Origin: a virus
Virus record (IMG/VR): IMGVR_UViG_3300025012_000956
Coordinates: 1 to 64,000 of that record
Reading direction: 5' to 3' (one strand)
DNA: 64,000 bases
Shown here: in pieces, positions 50,303-60,920 of the stretch
Numbering within the stretch: position 1 is the stretch's first letter
Layout of the letters: each line of letters starts with the position of its first letter
Translations under genes and position numbers: made by a program
Notes under the pieces: generated by a model
Told to the model about the DNA's origin: nothing
What the model saw: only the letters and a program-made list of their open reading frames with translations
The model's database searches: none

Positions 50303-51247
50303 ATGAATAATATAATATGTACGGGGGGTGTGGGATTTATAGGGTCTCATTTAGTAGAAAGGTTATTAAAAGAAACAGATGCTCCAAAAATATATATTGT
50401 CGATAATTTGGTACGGACACATTCGTTGAGGAATATTCAGTATTTACTATTTGATCCAAGAGTTGAATTCATTTATGGTGATATTTCCACAATTAAATAT
50501 GAAACCTATTTTAATCCACCTGACATAGATTGGGTTTTTCATTTAGCTGCAACTCGTATCAACAGATGTAATAGTTATAATTTAGAAGGACATCAATATA
50601 TTGCAACAGGTGGAGCAAGATTAATAGATTGGGTAAGTAAATACCATATCAAAATATTTTTTGCGAGTAGTGCAAGTGTGTATCAATCACCAAAAACGTT
50701 GCCTATTAAAGAAGAAGATCCTTGCAATCCACACACAATATATGGGGCTGGAAAATTATATACTGAAAATTTATTGAGAAGTTATCATATATTATATGGC
50801 CTAGAGTATGTAATAAATCGATTTTTTAGCGTATATGGTGAACGAATTGATTCCGAAGGAAGTTATACTGAAATAATATTTAATTTTTTTAATCAAATAA
50901 AAAAAGGAAAAACTGACATAACTTTATATGGAAATCCAGATGAAAAGATTTTAGATTTAATTTATGTAGATGACGTCGTCAATGCTATTTTATTGACTAT
51001 GAAAAAATCAAAAAATGATGCATTTAATGTTTCTACTCAGACTGGGATAACACTCACAGAGTTAGTAAGCTTAATAGAAAGTATAACTAACACTAGATTG
51101 AATAAAATAATATTACCAGAGAAAAGAACAGATATAGAGTTAAAACGAATAGGTGATGTTTATAAATTAAAAAATTTAGGTTGGCAATTAAATACTACAA
51201 TAGAATCTGGATTAACTAAAACGTGGAATTGGATAAAAAATTTATGA
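50303..51247 (+). CDS. NAD-dependent nucleotide-sugar epimerase/dehydratase
   Basis: TGGVGFIGS, HLAA, SSASVY, YGAGK. Confidence 0.92.
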   Translation: MNNIICTGGVGFIGSHLVERLLKETDAPKIYIVDNLVRTHSLRNIQYLLFDPRVEFIYGDISTIKYETYFNPPDIDWVFHLAATRINRCNSYNLEGHQYIATGGARLIDWVSKYHIKIFFASSASVYQSPKTLPIKEEDPCNPHTIYGAGKLYTENLLRSYHILYGLEYVINRFFSVYGERIDSEGSYTEIIFNFFNQIKKGKTDITLYGNPDEKILDLIYVDDVVNAILLTMKKSKNDAFNVSTQTGITLTELVSLIESITNTRLNKIILPEKRTDIELKRIGDVYKLKNLGWQLNTTIESGLTKTWNWIKNL

Positions 51248-52090
51248 AAAAGAAAAAATTTTTTAGGATATGTCCTAAGTGTGGAAATAAAGTTTGGCAT
51301 ACTCAAAAAAACCATAGAAACAGTGCTGATAAAAATAAAAAAATATGTAATAAATGTTCAACCCGAGGAGAAAAAAACGGATTTTATAATAAAAAACATT
51401 CTATAGAAACAATTGAAAAGATATCCATGAATACTAAGTTGGCTATGAAGAAACCTGAAGTTTTTGAAAAAATTAAAAAATATCACGATGATATTAAAAA
51501 TAAAACTTATAAGGAAAGATATGGTAAAGAAAAATCAATAGAAATTAGAAATAAACAAAGTAAATCAATTAAGGGAATGTTCAGTGGAGATAAACATTAT
51601 CAATTTGGAAAAAAACAAAGTAGAGAAATTATTGAAAATAGAATATTAAAAAATACTGGTAAAAAAAGAACTAAGGAGCAAATAGAAAATATAAGAAATT
51701 CATTGGTTGGAAGAACACTTTCTAGGGAACATATAAAGCGTCTTCGTTTGGCTGTCATAAAAAGAATAGAAGATAGACATGGTACCATATTTCCAAATTA
51801 TAATATAGAAGCATGCAAAATCATAGAAGAATATGGTAAAGAAAATGGCTATAATTTACAGCATGCTGAAAATGGTGGAGAATACTACATCAAAGAACTT
51901 GGATATTTTTTAGATGGTTATGATAAAAATAAAAATGTTGTGATAGAATATTATGAAAGACATCACTATACGCTTGGTAATTTAAGAGAAAAAGATTTAA
52001 AAAGAAATTATTCAACAACTTGGTTGTAAGTTCATTAGAATAAATGCGTTTGATAAAAATAATTTAAAGATAGAGGTAATACATGGATAA
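51244..52090 (+). CDS. Zn-finger/NUMOD3/Vsr-like endonuclease with frameshifted C-terminus
   Basis: CPKC...CNKC; HAENGGEY...FLDGYD...IEYYERHH; tail EIIQQLGCKFIRINAFDK lies in another frame after about 52003. Confidence 0.78.
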
Positions 52091-52541
52091 GATTTTACCA
52101 CCTTGGAATGAATTAAAAAACATAGTTGGTAAAAGATTTAATGATTTTTGTATTATTAGAGGAGACGAATTTATTGAATGGGGTGATGATGTCTGGGTGG
52201 GTTATTTTTGTTTAATTGATGGAAGTGGTGGATTGGAAATAGGTAACCATGTATCTATTAGTTCAGGAGTTCACATATATACACATTCTAGTGTAGATTT
52301 TAGAAGACTAAATTTAAATAAAGATCCTATAAATGGTACACACATTAAAAGAGCTCCAGTCAAAATAGGAAATTTTGTCCAAATCGGGGCAAATGCTGTT
52401 GTTCTTCCCGGGATAACAATAGGTAACAACGTGATTATTGGAGCATTGTCATTAGTTAACAAAGATATACCAGACAACTGTGTTGCATTTGGTATACCAG
52501 CTAAAATAAAGGAAACAAATAATAGAGAAACTAAACTGTAA
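52083..52541 (+). CDS. hexapeptide-repeat acyltransferase
   Basis: LEIGNHVSIS, VKIGNFVQIGANAVVLPGITIG, GIPAK. Confidence 0.9.
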   Translation: MDKILPPWNELKNIVGKRFNDFCIIRGDEFIEWGDDVWVGYFCLIDGSGGLEIGNHVSISSGVHIYTHSSVDFRRLNLNKDPINGTHIKRAPVKIGNFVQIGANAVVLPGITIGNNVIIGALSLVNKDIPDNCVAFGIPAKIKETNNRETKL

Positions 52542-52599
52542 ATTTATACGAATGAATGCATTTGATAAAAATAATATTAAAATCGAAAGGGTAAATTAG
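52513..52599 (+). pseudogene. C-terminal scar of a deleted Vsr-like endonuclease gene
   Basis: Alternate frame reads KQIIEKLNCKFIRMNAFDKNNIKIERVN*, closely matching the 52004-52090 tail. Confidence 0.7.
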
Positions 52600-52600
52600 T

Positions 52601-53512
52601 ATGTTGCCTAAAGTGATTCTTTGTGGATTTGGTAGATGGGGAAAAATTTGGTTTAACACAATAAAAAAATCAGGTTATCAATGTGTAGGAATAGTAGACC
52701 CAAAAATACTCATGACAGAGATAGAAGGAGTTACTGTTTATAATCGTAGTACTGAGGTACAAAATAGAGAATATACCCATGTTATCTTAGCAACACCACC
52801 AGAAACTCATCTTAAATTATTTCAATATTTTTCACAAAGAATAAATCCGAGAAATATTCTAGTTGAAAAACCTATGGGAATAAGCAGTTCTGAAGCAAGT
52901 AAGATGATAAATTGTTTTCCTGGATTAGTATTTCTTTATGATCCAATTACTCACTATATTAAAAAAAATATGACTATTATAGGAGAACCACTTTTATATA
53001 AATCTACGCGAGCTAGTATGGGTCCAACAATTAGAAGTGAAATTTCTGTTGTTGAGGATTATTTAATACATGATATTAGTATTTTCATATGGTTATTTTG
53101 CAGAAAAATAAAAATTATTAATGCTTTTAAAACTAATAAATTTGTTAATGATTCAGTAAAAAATGATACTGTGATTGTTGTAGGTGAATCAAATAACCTT
53201 ATAATTGATATGTTTAGCTCGTGGATATATCCTATTAAAGAACGGTCAACTTATATTATAGGGACACGTGGTTCATTTATATGGAAAAATGATGAACTAT
53301 ACTTTGATGATACTCACTATAATTTTGACAATATTTCTATAGATAGATATAAGTTAATAGTTGGTATCAACAATAAAATAATAATAGATAAAAAATACAG
53401 TACTTTAGAACTTCAATTGAAACATTTCATAGAAGATAAGAAGATTAATATGAATATTTTAGATATATGGGATACTATTGATGATATAAATATAAAATGT
53501 AATTTTTTGTAA
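52601..53512 (+). CDS. Gfo/Idh/MocA-family NAD-dependent oxidoreductase
   Basis: GFGRWG, ATPPETH, LVEKPM, IHDI. Confidence 0.9.
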   Translation: MLPKVILCGFGRWGKIWFNTIKKSGYQCVGIVDPKILMTEIEGVTVYNRSTEVQNREYTHVILATPPETHLKLFQYFSQRINPRNILVEKPMGISSSEASKMINCFPGLVFLYDPITHYIKKNMTIIGEPLLYKSTRASMGPTIRSEISVVEDYLIHDISIFIWLFCRKIKIINAFKTNKFVNDSVKNDTVIVVGESNNLIIDMFSSWIYPIKERSTYIIGTRGSFIWKNDELYFDDTHYNFDNISIDRYKLIVGINNKIIIDKKYSTLELQLKHFIEDKKINMNILDIWDTIDDINIKCNFL

Positions 53513-53564
53513 AATACTGGTTACATTTTGAAAAATCTCTATATTTATATATAAAGGAGTTAAT

Positions 53565-53726
53565 ATGAAATATAAATCAAGACCGATTAGAATAGATGAA
53601 GAAGTTTATATTAAGTTAAGAGATTATTGTGATATAAATTCTTATAAAATTTCTAGATGGGTTAGTAGAATTTTATTAGAGAAATTAAATGATTTACAAA
53701 AGAAAGTGTCCAAACCTAAAAAATAA
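53565..53726 (+). CDS. small RHH-like protein (53 aa)
   Basis: AGGAG RBS; PIRIDEEVYIKLRDYCDINSYKISRWVSRIL. Confidence 0.7.
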   Translation: MKYKSRPIRIDEEVYIKLRDYCDINSYKISRWVSRILLEKLNDLQKKVSKPKK

Positions 53727-54009
53727 TCCAAACTGTAGGGAGATTATTAGATATATAAGTGAAGGTGGATATTATTACTCGATAAAAAATAATTCTTTCT
53801 GTACTAGTTGTAGACACTTTGGAAAACCTGTAGGATTTAGTGGACACAAACACAAAAAATCTACAATAATTAAAATGAAAAAACCAAAGACACAAGAACA
53901 CAAAAATAAAATAGGATTAGCATTAAAAGGTAGAAAATTTTCTAAAGAACACATTAAGAATTTAAAAATTGGATCTGATAAAAGAATAGGAAAAAGTAGA
54001 GAAATGTGA
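53689..54009 (+). pseudogene. Zn-finger/NUMOD3 endonuclease remnant lacking the nuclease domain
   Basis: RKCPNLKNNPNC...CTSC, NUMOD3-like repeats, early stop. Confidence 0.65.
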
Positions 54010-54095
54010 ATAAACAATATATCAAGGAATCAAGCGAGATGCCAACTTCAGAAACAAAATTAAAGAATCATGGAAAAAAAGAAAGGAAATAAACG

Positions 54096-55256
54096 ATGAA
54101 AAATCTACCTCTAGGTCGACCTTATTTAAAACCTGAGTTGATTTTAGAAGAAATAGAAAAAGTACTACAGACTCGTTGGATTTCCGGAGGACCCGCGATT
54201 TCCAGGTTCGAAACTGCACTGAAGGAATATAATGGAGACCCGGATAGAAAATATATAGCAGTTTCAAACGGTACAACTGCGATAGAATTAGCATTATTAA
54301 TGTTAAACGGTGGTTATAATTATAAACCTGACGATGAAATTATCACTCCTTCGTATTCCTGGGTTGCAACCGGATTTTCAGTTCCTAGAGTTGGTGCGAA
54401 ACCTGTCTGGATAGATGTAGATATATTTGGAGTACCAACTGCAAAAGAAATAGAAAAAAATATCTCAGATAAAACTGTAGCTATAATTGTTGTCCATCAA
54501 ATGGGTATACCATGTGATATGGATGCAATAAATGATGTGGCTAATAGGTATGGGATTCCTATAATTGAAGATGCTGCATGCGCAATTGGGTCTGAATATA
54601 AAGGGAAAAAAATAGGAGCATTTACAAAAAACATAGTTACTTATTCCTTTCAAGCTAGAAAAGTATTGACTACTGGTGAAGGTGGTATGATAGTAGTAAG
54701 TGATGAAGAAGATGAAAAGTGGTTAAGATCATATAGAGCATTCGGTACAAATTCACCTCCACTTGATAGAGACAAAACAGCTAATATAAATAAAGAATAT
54801 TTTGATAAACTAGGTGGTAATTATAAGTTATCAGATATTGCTTCTGCAGTTGGATTAGCACATTTAAAATATTTAGATGAAGAAATAGAATTGAGAACAA
54901 ATGCTGGTTATTATTATAATACTATAATTAAAGAAAAGAATTTAGATACACTTCTTGGTAATCAAATTCCAGAATATTGTACAAGATATAACTGGCAAAA
55001 TTATCATATTATATTACCACCACATTATAATAGAGATTTAGTGGTACAGAAATTAAAGGAAAAAGGAATTGGTTGCAAATGGGATATTCAAGCAATTAGT
55101 AGTGAACCTGTAATATCTAGTTCAAAGGTGTTACCTATTACAGAGGAGTTTTCAAACCGGGGACTCTGGCTTCCGTTTTATGCGGAAATTACTAAAGAAG
55201 ATCAAACATTTGTTATTGATAATTTAAAGGATATTTTAAATGAAACTAAATCCTAA
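54096..55256 (+). CDS. DegT/DnrJ/EryC1/StrS PLP sugar aminotransferase
   Basis: SNGTTA, IEDAACAIG, SFQARKVLTTGEGG, NYKL. Confidence 0.93.
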   Translation: MKNLPLGRPYLKPELILEEIEKVLQTRWISGGPAISRFETALKEYNGDPDRKYIAVSNGTTAIELALLMLNGGYNYKPDDEIITPSYSWVATGFSVPRVGAKPVWIDVDIFGVPTAKEIEKNISDKTVAIIVVHQMGIPCDMDAINDVANRYGIPIIEDAACAIGSEYKGKKIGAFTKNIVTYSFQARKVLTTGEGGMIVVSDEEDEKWLRSYRAFGTNSPPLDRDKTANINKEYFDKLGGNYKLSDIASAVGLAHLKYLDEEIELRTNAGYYYNTIIKEKNLDTLLGNQIPEYCTRYNWQNYHIILPPHYNRDLVVQKLKEKGIGCKWDIQAISSEPVISSSKVLPITEEFSNRGLWLPFYAEITKEDQTFVIDNLKDILNETKS

Positions 55257-56127
55257 GCTATGTTCTATATGTTGTAATGAATTAGATTCTTATTCTAAAG
55301 TTATTTATAAAGATAGTAGGCATAAATATGTAGTATGTGGTGCATGCGGATTTGTTTGTCAAAACCCAGGTTATAATAAAGAATATTATAAGAATTTGGG
55401 CTATGATACTCAACATAATTATATTGAACATGCTATGAACAGAGCAAAATATATTTTTAATTTTATTCAATATAATTTAATGATAACCAACTATAAACGA
55501 GATACAATTGATATATTAGATATTGGATGTGGGCGCGGCGGTGTATTATATTACTTAGGAATATCTATGAAACATTTTTATAATAATGTTCATTTAGATG
55601 CTATTACCCTACATGAAGATGATTATAATAACAAACACCATAGTATAAATATGTCAGTGTTGGATATAGAAGATGAAATTGATGTCTTTGTTAAAACCCA
55701 ACCTACTAGAAAATATGATTTAATAATCATGAGTCATGTATTAGAACATTTACATGATCCAGGTAAGGCATTAAGACAAATAAAAGAAAAATTATTAGAA
55801 CCATTTGGACAAATTTATATAGAGGTACCTAGTTTTTACAGAGTAGAAGTTAGAGCTAAAAAGGTTTTTGTTCCTGTACATATATCATATTTTACCGAAA
55901 CTTCATTAAATAATTTATTACTTCTATGTGGGTTTAAAACAATAAAAGTAAAAGATAGCAACTGGTGGGGCAACATTAAGTGTTTAGTTACAAAAATTCA
56001 AGACGATTATGTATATGATCATTTTAGAACGGAACATCTTGTTAAGACAAAATATTATTTATATAAGATAATAAATTTATTTTATGAGTCTATTAGTAAA
56101 TTCAAACATATAGAAAGTAATGACTAA
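55240..56127 (+). CDS. SAM methyltransferase with N-terminal Zn-binding region
   Basis: CSIC...CGACG, LDIGCGRG, SHVLEHL, EVP. Confidence 0.88.
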   Translation: MKLNPKLCSICCNELDSYSKVIYKDSRHKYVVCGACGFVCQNPGYNKEYYKNLGYDTQHNYIEHAMNRAKYIFNFIQYNLMITNYKRDTIDILDIGCGRGGVLYYLGISMKHFYNNVHLDAITLHEDDYNNKHHSINMSVLDIEDEIDVFVKTQPTRKYDLIIMSHVLEHLHDPGKALRQIKEKLLEPFGQIYIEVPSFYRVEVRAKKVFVPVHISYFTETSLNNLLLLCGFKTIKVKDSNWWGNIKCLVTKIQDDYVYDHFRTEHLVKTKYYLYKIINLFYESISKFKHIESND

Positions 56128-57080
56128 TGAAGCGAATGCTCTGGATAATGCAATTGAAGGACAAAACAGGTTATTACTATAGTCCGGGGATTATATGGTG
56201 GTATTCTGTGTTGGAAAATATGGGTTACGAATGTAATTATTATTCATATGAGAAATATGACATAGAGGATTTATATAAACGTGTAAAAGAATATAAACCT
56301 GATTTTATAATAGTTTTAGCATACGATCACCTACACACAGAATTAATTAGATTAAAGGAATTTACAAAAGTTGGAGTTTTGCAATCTGATGATAAATGGC
56401 GCTATGGAAATTTTTCAAGATTTTGGATCCCGTTTGTAGATTTTGTGTTAACATTTGAAGGTGAAGAAGCAAATTATGTTTCTGATGGATTAAAATCAGA
56501 CAGTTTTTGTAAAATGAGATGGGCATTCAATCCTACTACAATGGCATATTTAAATAGTGTTGAAGATACATTATCATATCATGTCTCACATACAGGTGGA
56601 ATGCACGGAAATAGAAAAGAAATTATAAACGAATTTAGTAAAAGAGGTATTACTATACACATTGATCAAGATCCAAATTATGATGTAACAAAGGATATTT
56701 GGAATCACTCATCTTATTCACTCTGTATTACAAATAATTCACTGAACACAGGTAAAGAATTAAAGGGTAGAGTTGTAGAAATACCAAACTGGTGTGTACT
56801 AGTAACTGAACCATTTCCTGATATGGAACAATATTATGATATGGACAAAGAATGTGTATTGTTTAATTCTGTAGATGAGGCAGTAGATAAAATAAAATAT
56901 TTAGATAATAATCAAACGGAATATAAGAAAATAAAAGAGGCTGGTAAAAGAAAATTGTGGAATTCTAATACTGTCTACCATCAATGGGATACTATTTTAC
57001 ATAAAATAGATCCTGATTATAAAAAAATAGATGTAATTAAATTATTAAAAGAAAAACATGGAGAACATTATTATGAATAA
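56127..57080 (+). CDS. CgeB-like glycosyltransferase
   Basis: DD.WR, KGRVVEIP, E....F.S.DE. Confidence 0.7.
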   Translation: MKRMLWIMQLKDKTGYYYSPGIIWWYSVLENMGYECNYYSYEKYDIEDLYKRVKEYKPDFIIVLAYDHLHTELIRLKEFTKVGVLQSDDKWRYGNFSRFWIPFVDFVLTFEGEEANYVSDGLKSDSFCKMRWAFNPTTMAYLNSVEDTLSYHVSHTGGMHGNRKEIINEFSKRGITIHIDQDPNYDVTKDIWNHSSYSLCITNNSLNTGKELKGRVVEIPNWCVLVTEPFPDMEQYYDMDKECVLFNSVDEAVDKIKYLDNNQTEYKKIKEAGKRKLWNSNTVYHQWDTILHKIDPDYKKIDVIKLLKEKHGEHYYE

Positions 57081-57267
57081 CGATATAACACCAGATGATT
57101 TGATGAAATATTATCCAGCTGATAAATTAATAGATTTAACTAAGGATGAATTATTAATAATTGCACGTAAATTCGTTGAATTATCAAAAGAATATTTTCC
57201 TGGAACTGAAAAAGAAATAGAAGAAATTATTAATAATGAAATAAAAAGAAAGGCTAATTTAAATTGA
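57058..57267 (+). CDS. hypothetical protein
   Basis: Small coupled ORF. Confidence 0.45.
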   Translation: MENIIMNNDITPDDLMKYYPADKLIDLTKDELLIIARKFVELSKEYFPGTEKEIEEIINNEIKRKANLN

Positions 57268-57725
57268 TCAGAAAATTTTATTCAAAGATAGAAAAAGATA
57301 AATTGTTGCATATTGTATATGGACCTGATAAATATCCTGACTGGTCTCGTGGTAATTATATATTCAGAGAAGATATATCTCCAAATAAAATGTTTTTGCA
57401 ATCTGCATTTATTTATATTCCCCAAGCAGGTCATAAATTTAAAGCTCACATACATAAACCACTTTATAGAGCAAGTTTAATAACCCAGGAAAGTTGGATC
57501 GTGTTGAGAGGACTAATTAGAGTTACTTTTTATGATTTAGATTCTACTTATTTAGATGAAACTGTATTATATCCTACATGGATGAGCATTACGTTTTACG
57601 GTGGACATGGTTATGAATGTCTAGAAGATAACACAGAAGTCTTGGAATATAAGCTTGGTCCGTATTTTGGAGTAGAATCAGATAAAGAAAATATCAAGGA
57701 AGAAGTACGTGAACCAATTAATTGA
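57264..57725 (+). CDS. cupin-fold protein (WbuC/sugar isomerase-like)
   Basis: AHIH...QESW...G, GGHGY, EYKLGPY. Confidence 0.75.
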   Translation: MIRKFYSKIEKDKLLHIVYGPDKYPDWSRGNYIFREDISPNKMFLQSAFIYIPQAGHKFKAHIHKPLYRASLITQESWIVLRGLIRVTFYDLDSTYLDETVLYPTWMSITFYGGHGYECLEDNTEVLEYKLGPYFGVESDKENIKEEVREPIN

Positions 57726-58431
57726 TGCATTTAATAATAGAGAACGAGGTGGAATGATTAAGGAAACTCACTTTTTTGATATATATGATAGTGAATTAAA
57801 TGCAATAAAGAATAATTTTATAAATATATTAATTCTAGGTGTTTATAACGCAGGTGATCTTTATATGTGGAAAAAATATTTTTCAAATTGTAAAAATATT
57901 ATTGGGATAGATATTGATAAATATACAAAACAATTCGAAGATAGATCTAAAAATATTTTTATTGAAATTGGAGATCAATCTAATGTTAATTTTTTAAAAG
58001 AAATAAACAATAAATATGGAAAATTTGATTTAATAATTGATGATGCCTCACATGAAAATTATCCTACAATCACATCATTAAAAACTTTATTTCTATTATT
58101 AAATGACAGTGGTATTTATGTTATTGAAGATACATTTTGTTCGTATGATAAAAATTGGGACAGTGATAGAGATAAAGATACATTTGGTAATATTACAAAC
58201 ATGATTCATGGTGATAATTCATATTCAGTTATGGAATATTTAAAATCGTTAGCAGATAAATTACATCCATATGCATATAATAGAAAATATGAGGAAGCTG
58301 ATGAATTTGAAAAAAAATTATTTTCTATTCATTTTTACGACGGAATTTGTTTCCTGTATAAATTTCCAAGAAATAAAGATATGAAATATGGTTATTCAAA
58401 ATATTGGCATGCCAAGGAAAATTATGAGTAA
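57709..58431 (+). CDS. SAM O-methyltransferase
   Basis: GIDID, GDQS, FDLIIDDASH, GIYVIED. Confidence 0.85.
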   Translation: MNQLIDAFNNRERGGMIKETHFFDIYDSELNAIKNNFINILILGVYNAGDLYMWKKYFSNCKNIIGIDIDKYTKQFEDRSKNIFIEIGDQSNVNFLKEINNKYGKFDLIIDDASHENYPTITSLKTLFLLLNDSGIYVIEDTFCSYDKNWDSDRDKDTFGNITNMIHGDNSYSVMEYLKSLADKLHPYAYNRKYEEADEFEKKLFSIHFYDGICFLYKFPRNKDMKYGYSKYWHAKENYE

Positions 58432-59113
58432 TTATAAAAAAATAGATATAAAAGAATTAGTAGAAAAGGATATTTTATTTGAAAAAAATAATATCTCAGA
58501 AATTTTAGAAAAAATAGAAAAAATTGCAACATGGGAAGATATCAAAGTTTTTTATGAAAATGAAAAACCTGTGTTTGGAGCAACAGGTTTAAATGATCAA
58601 TGGGTTTATAAAAAAGACGTAGTATCTCCTGAGATGTGGAGAGCAATATATAAATATAGTTATGAATATGGAAGCGTGATGCATTCAAATTGTGATTATC
58701 ATAACGTAGATGAAAATATTCTAAGCAATGAAAACTGTAAATTATTAGATTTTGGGTCCGGACCAAATCCTACTATAGCAAATAACTACGCATGTCAATT
58801 TTATCTCGTAGAAATAAACGATACATCGGTCATTAATCTAAAAGAAGGGTTTAAAAATCGTTCAAATATTAAAATTTTTAACTGTTTATCTGATGTTGTT
58901 AAACTGAATATAAAATTTGATGTAGCGTTTTCATCAGAGACCTTAGAACATGTTAGATATATAAATGAACACCTATATATTTTATATAATCTCTGTAAGG
59001 AAGATGGTCAATTTTATCTACAATATCCGTTTGATCATGACTGTGGTGGTCATGTATATGGATTATATAAAGATACTATTACACGAGAAACATTTTTAAC
59101 AATAGGACATTAA
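58424..59113 (+). CDS. SAM methyltransferase
   Basis: LLDFGSG, ETLEHV; ATG 58424 overlaps the upstream stop. Confidence 0.8.
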   Translation: MSNYKKIDIKELVEKDILFEKNNISEILEKIEKIATWEDIKVFYENEKPVFGATGLNDQWVYKKDVVSPEMWRAIYKYSYEYGSVMHSNCDYHNVDENILSNENCKLLDFGSGPNPTIANNYACQFYLVEINDTSVINLKEGFKNRSNIKIFNCLSDVVKLNIKFDVAFSSETLEHVRYINEHLYILYNLCKEDGQFYLQYPFDHDCGGHVYGLYKDTITRETFLTIGH

Positions 59114-59117
59114 TGAG

Positions 59118-60050
59118 ATGAATAAACTAAAAATAAATATTGTTACAGATTCTAAAATGAGCAGAACTCTAGGGTTCGAACCTGGTAAAATCCCAACTAA
59201 AATAGAATATGTTACAGGTGAATATAACTATGACGGATTGACTATTTTTATTGATAAATGTTTCGATCCTGATCAGATAGATATTTTAGATAAAATTAAG
59301 GGTAAAATTCGCTGTGTGTGGATGCATGATCCAAGACCAATTAATAATTTACAGGAAATTAGATACAAAAACGTAGAAAAATCATTAGACAAAGTAGATT
59401 ATATTTTCACATACGATGAGTATCTTTTAGATAAGTATCCAGAAAAATGTGTATTTGCTGCAGATAATGGTACGTGGATCCAAAATGATAATATAAAAAT
59501 ATATCCTAAAACAAAATTAATATCTATGATTTATTCATGGAAAAATTGGACAGAAGGTCATAAACTTCGTCATGAAATTGCAGAACAAAATATAGAAGGA
59601 TTAGATTTGTATGGTGACGGGTCAAATCATCCCATACAATTTAAAGAAGAAGGAATCGCTCCCTACAAATTTTCAATTACTATAGAAAATTCAAGAGCCA
59701 AATATTATTATACAGAAAAACTATTAGATTGTTTGGCATGTGGAACCGTACCCATATATTGGGGTTGTAAAAATCTTGATAATTTTTTTGATACTAAAGG
59801 AATTATTCAATTTGAAGAACCAAAGGAATTAATAAATATATTCTATAAGATTATGGAACCTGATTATTATGAGAGCCTAATGCCATATATTAAAAACAAT
59901 TTTGACAAGGTATTAGAATATTCTATTTATGATGATTGGATGTATGAAAATGTTTATAAAAAAATATTACCAAAATATGAATTAGATAAATTAAATAAGG
60001 ATTATAGAGATATGACATTACAAGAAAAATTTCCAGGAATAAAAAGATGA
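59118..60050 (+). CDS. GT10 (alpha-1,3-fucosyltransferase-like) glycosyltransferase
   Basis: YKFSITIENS..YYTEKLLDC...GTVPIYWG. Confidence 0.85.
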   Translation: MNKLKINIVTDSKMSRTLGFEPGKIPTKIEYVTGEYNYDGLTIFIDKCFDPDQIDILDKIKGKIRCVWMHDPRPINNLQEIRYKNVEKSLDKVDYIFTYDEYLLDKYPEKCVFAADNGTWIQNDNIKIYPKTKLISMIYSWKNWTEGHKLRHEIAEQNIEGLDLYGDGSNHPIQFKEEGIAPYKFSITIENSRAKYYYTEKLLDCLACGTVPIYWGCKNLDNFFDTKGIIQFEEPKELINIFYKIMEPDYYESLMPYIKNNFDKVLEYSIYDDWMYENVYKKILPKYELDKLNKDYRDMTLQEKFPGIKR

Positions 60051-60241
60051 CATATGAATTGTGGGATATTATTGGATTGACAGAAGGAGAAGTAGCTATT
60101 CCCTTTACTAGATTATATGAAGATGATTCTTTTATAAAGGTATATGATAAATTTTTAAAGCATATGCAAAATAATGAGCTCTGTGTTATTATAGTTAATA
60201 AAGACGATACTAGTTTAAAATATAAAAGTATATCATTATAA
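60047..60241 (+). CDS. hypothetical protein
   Basis: Coupled small ORF. Confidence 0.45.
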   Translation: MTYELWDIIGLTEGEVAIPFTRLYEDDSFIKVYDKFLKHMQNNELCVIIVNKDDTSLKYKSISL

Positions 60242-60323
60242 TGAGTATAATTTTTAGGTATTAAAGGAGGAAAAGGACTTCATTCGCAGAAATTGATGAT
60301 GATAAAAAATAAAGGAGAACATA

Positions 60324-60920
60324 ATGATTAAATTACATATAGGATGTGGTCCACGAGATTTTGGAACTAGTTGGATTAGTATTGACGGAGGAAAATTTCC
60401 TCATGTTAAAAATTATGATGTAACATTAAGATCTGAAGAAGCAAAAGATTTTGTAGATATAATATATTCATCTCATCTAATTTCTTATTTTGACAGAGAA
60501 GAAATTGTTCCAATATTAGCTAAGTGGTATTTAGTATTAAAGCCAGGAGGAATATTAAGATTAGCAGTTCCTGATTTTGAGGCGATGTCCAAATTATATA
60601 TAGATCACAAATACAAAAAAGGACCTAAGAGTACTAGATATTCTTTAAAATCTTTTTTGGGAATGCTCTATGGTAAAATGAAGATGGACGATAAATTTAT
60701 ATACCATAAAACAGTATACGATAAAGAAACACTGACAGATTTATTACTTAATGTAGGATTCAAAAATATTAGAAAATGGGACTGGAAACAAATGAAAGCT
60801 GAAGGTTATCCGGACGATTGTTCACGTTCGTTCTTACCCCACGATCTAGATTGTATATATAGAGGAGAGTTTAGAGATAATCAAACATTAATGAGTTTGA
60901 ATTTGGAGGCTATTAAATGA
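60324..60920 (+). CDS. SAM methyltransferase (type 11-like)
   Basis: KLHIGCG, IYSSH, LKPGGILRLAVPD. Confidence 0.85.
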   Translation: MIKLHIGCGPRDFGTSWISIDGGKFPHVKNYDVTLRSEEAKDFVDIIYSSHLISYFDREEIVPILAKWYLVLKPGGILRLAVPDFEAMSKLYIDHKYKKGPKSTRYSLKSFLGMLYGKMKMDDKFIYHKTVYDKETLTDLLLNVGFKNIRKWDWKQMKAEGYPDDCSRSFLPHDLDCIYRGEFRDNQTLMSLNLEAIK

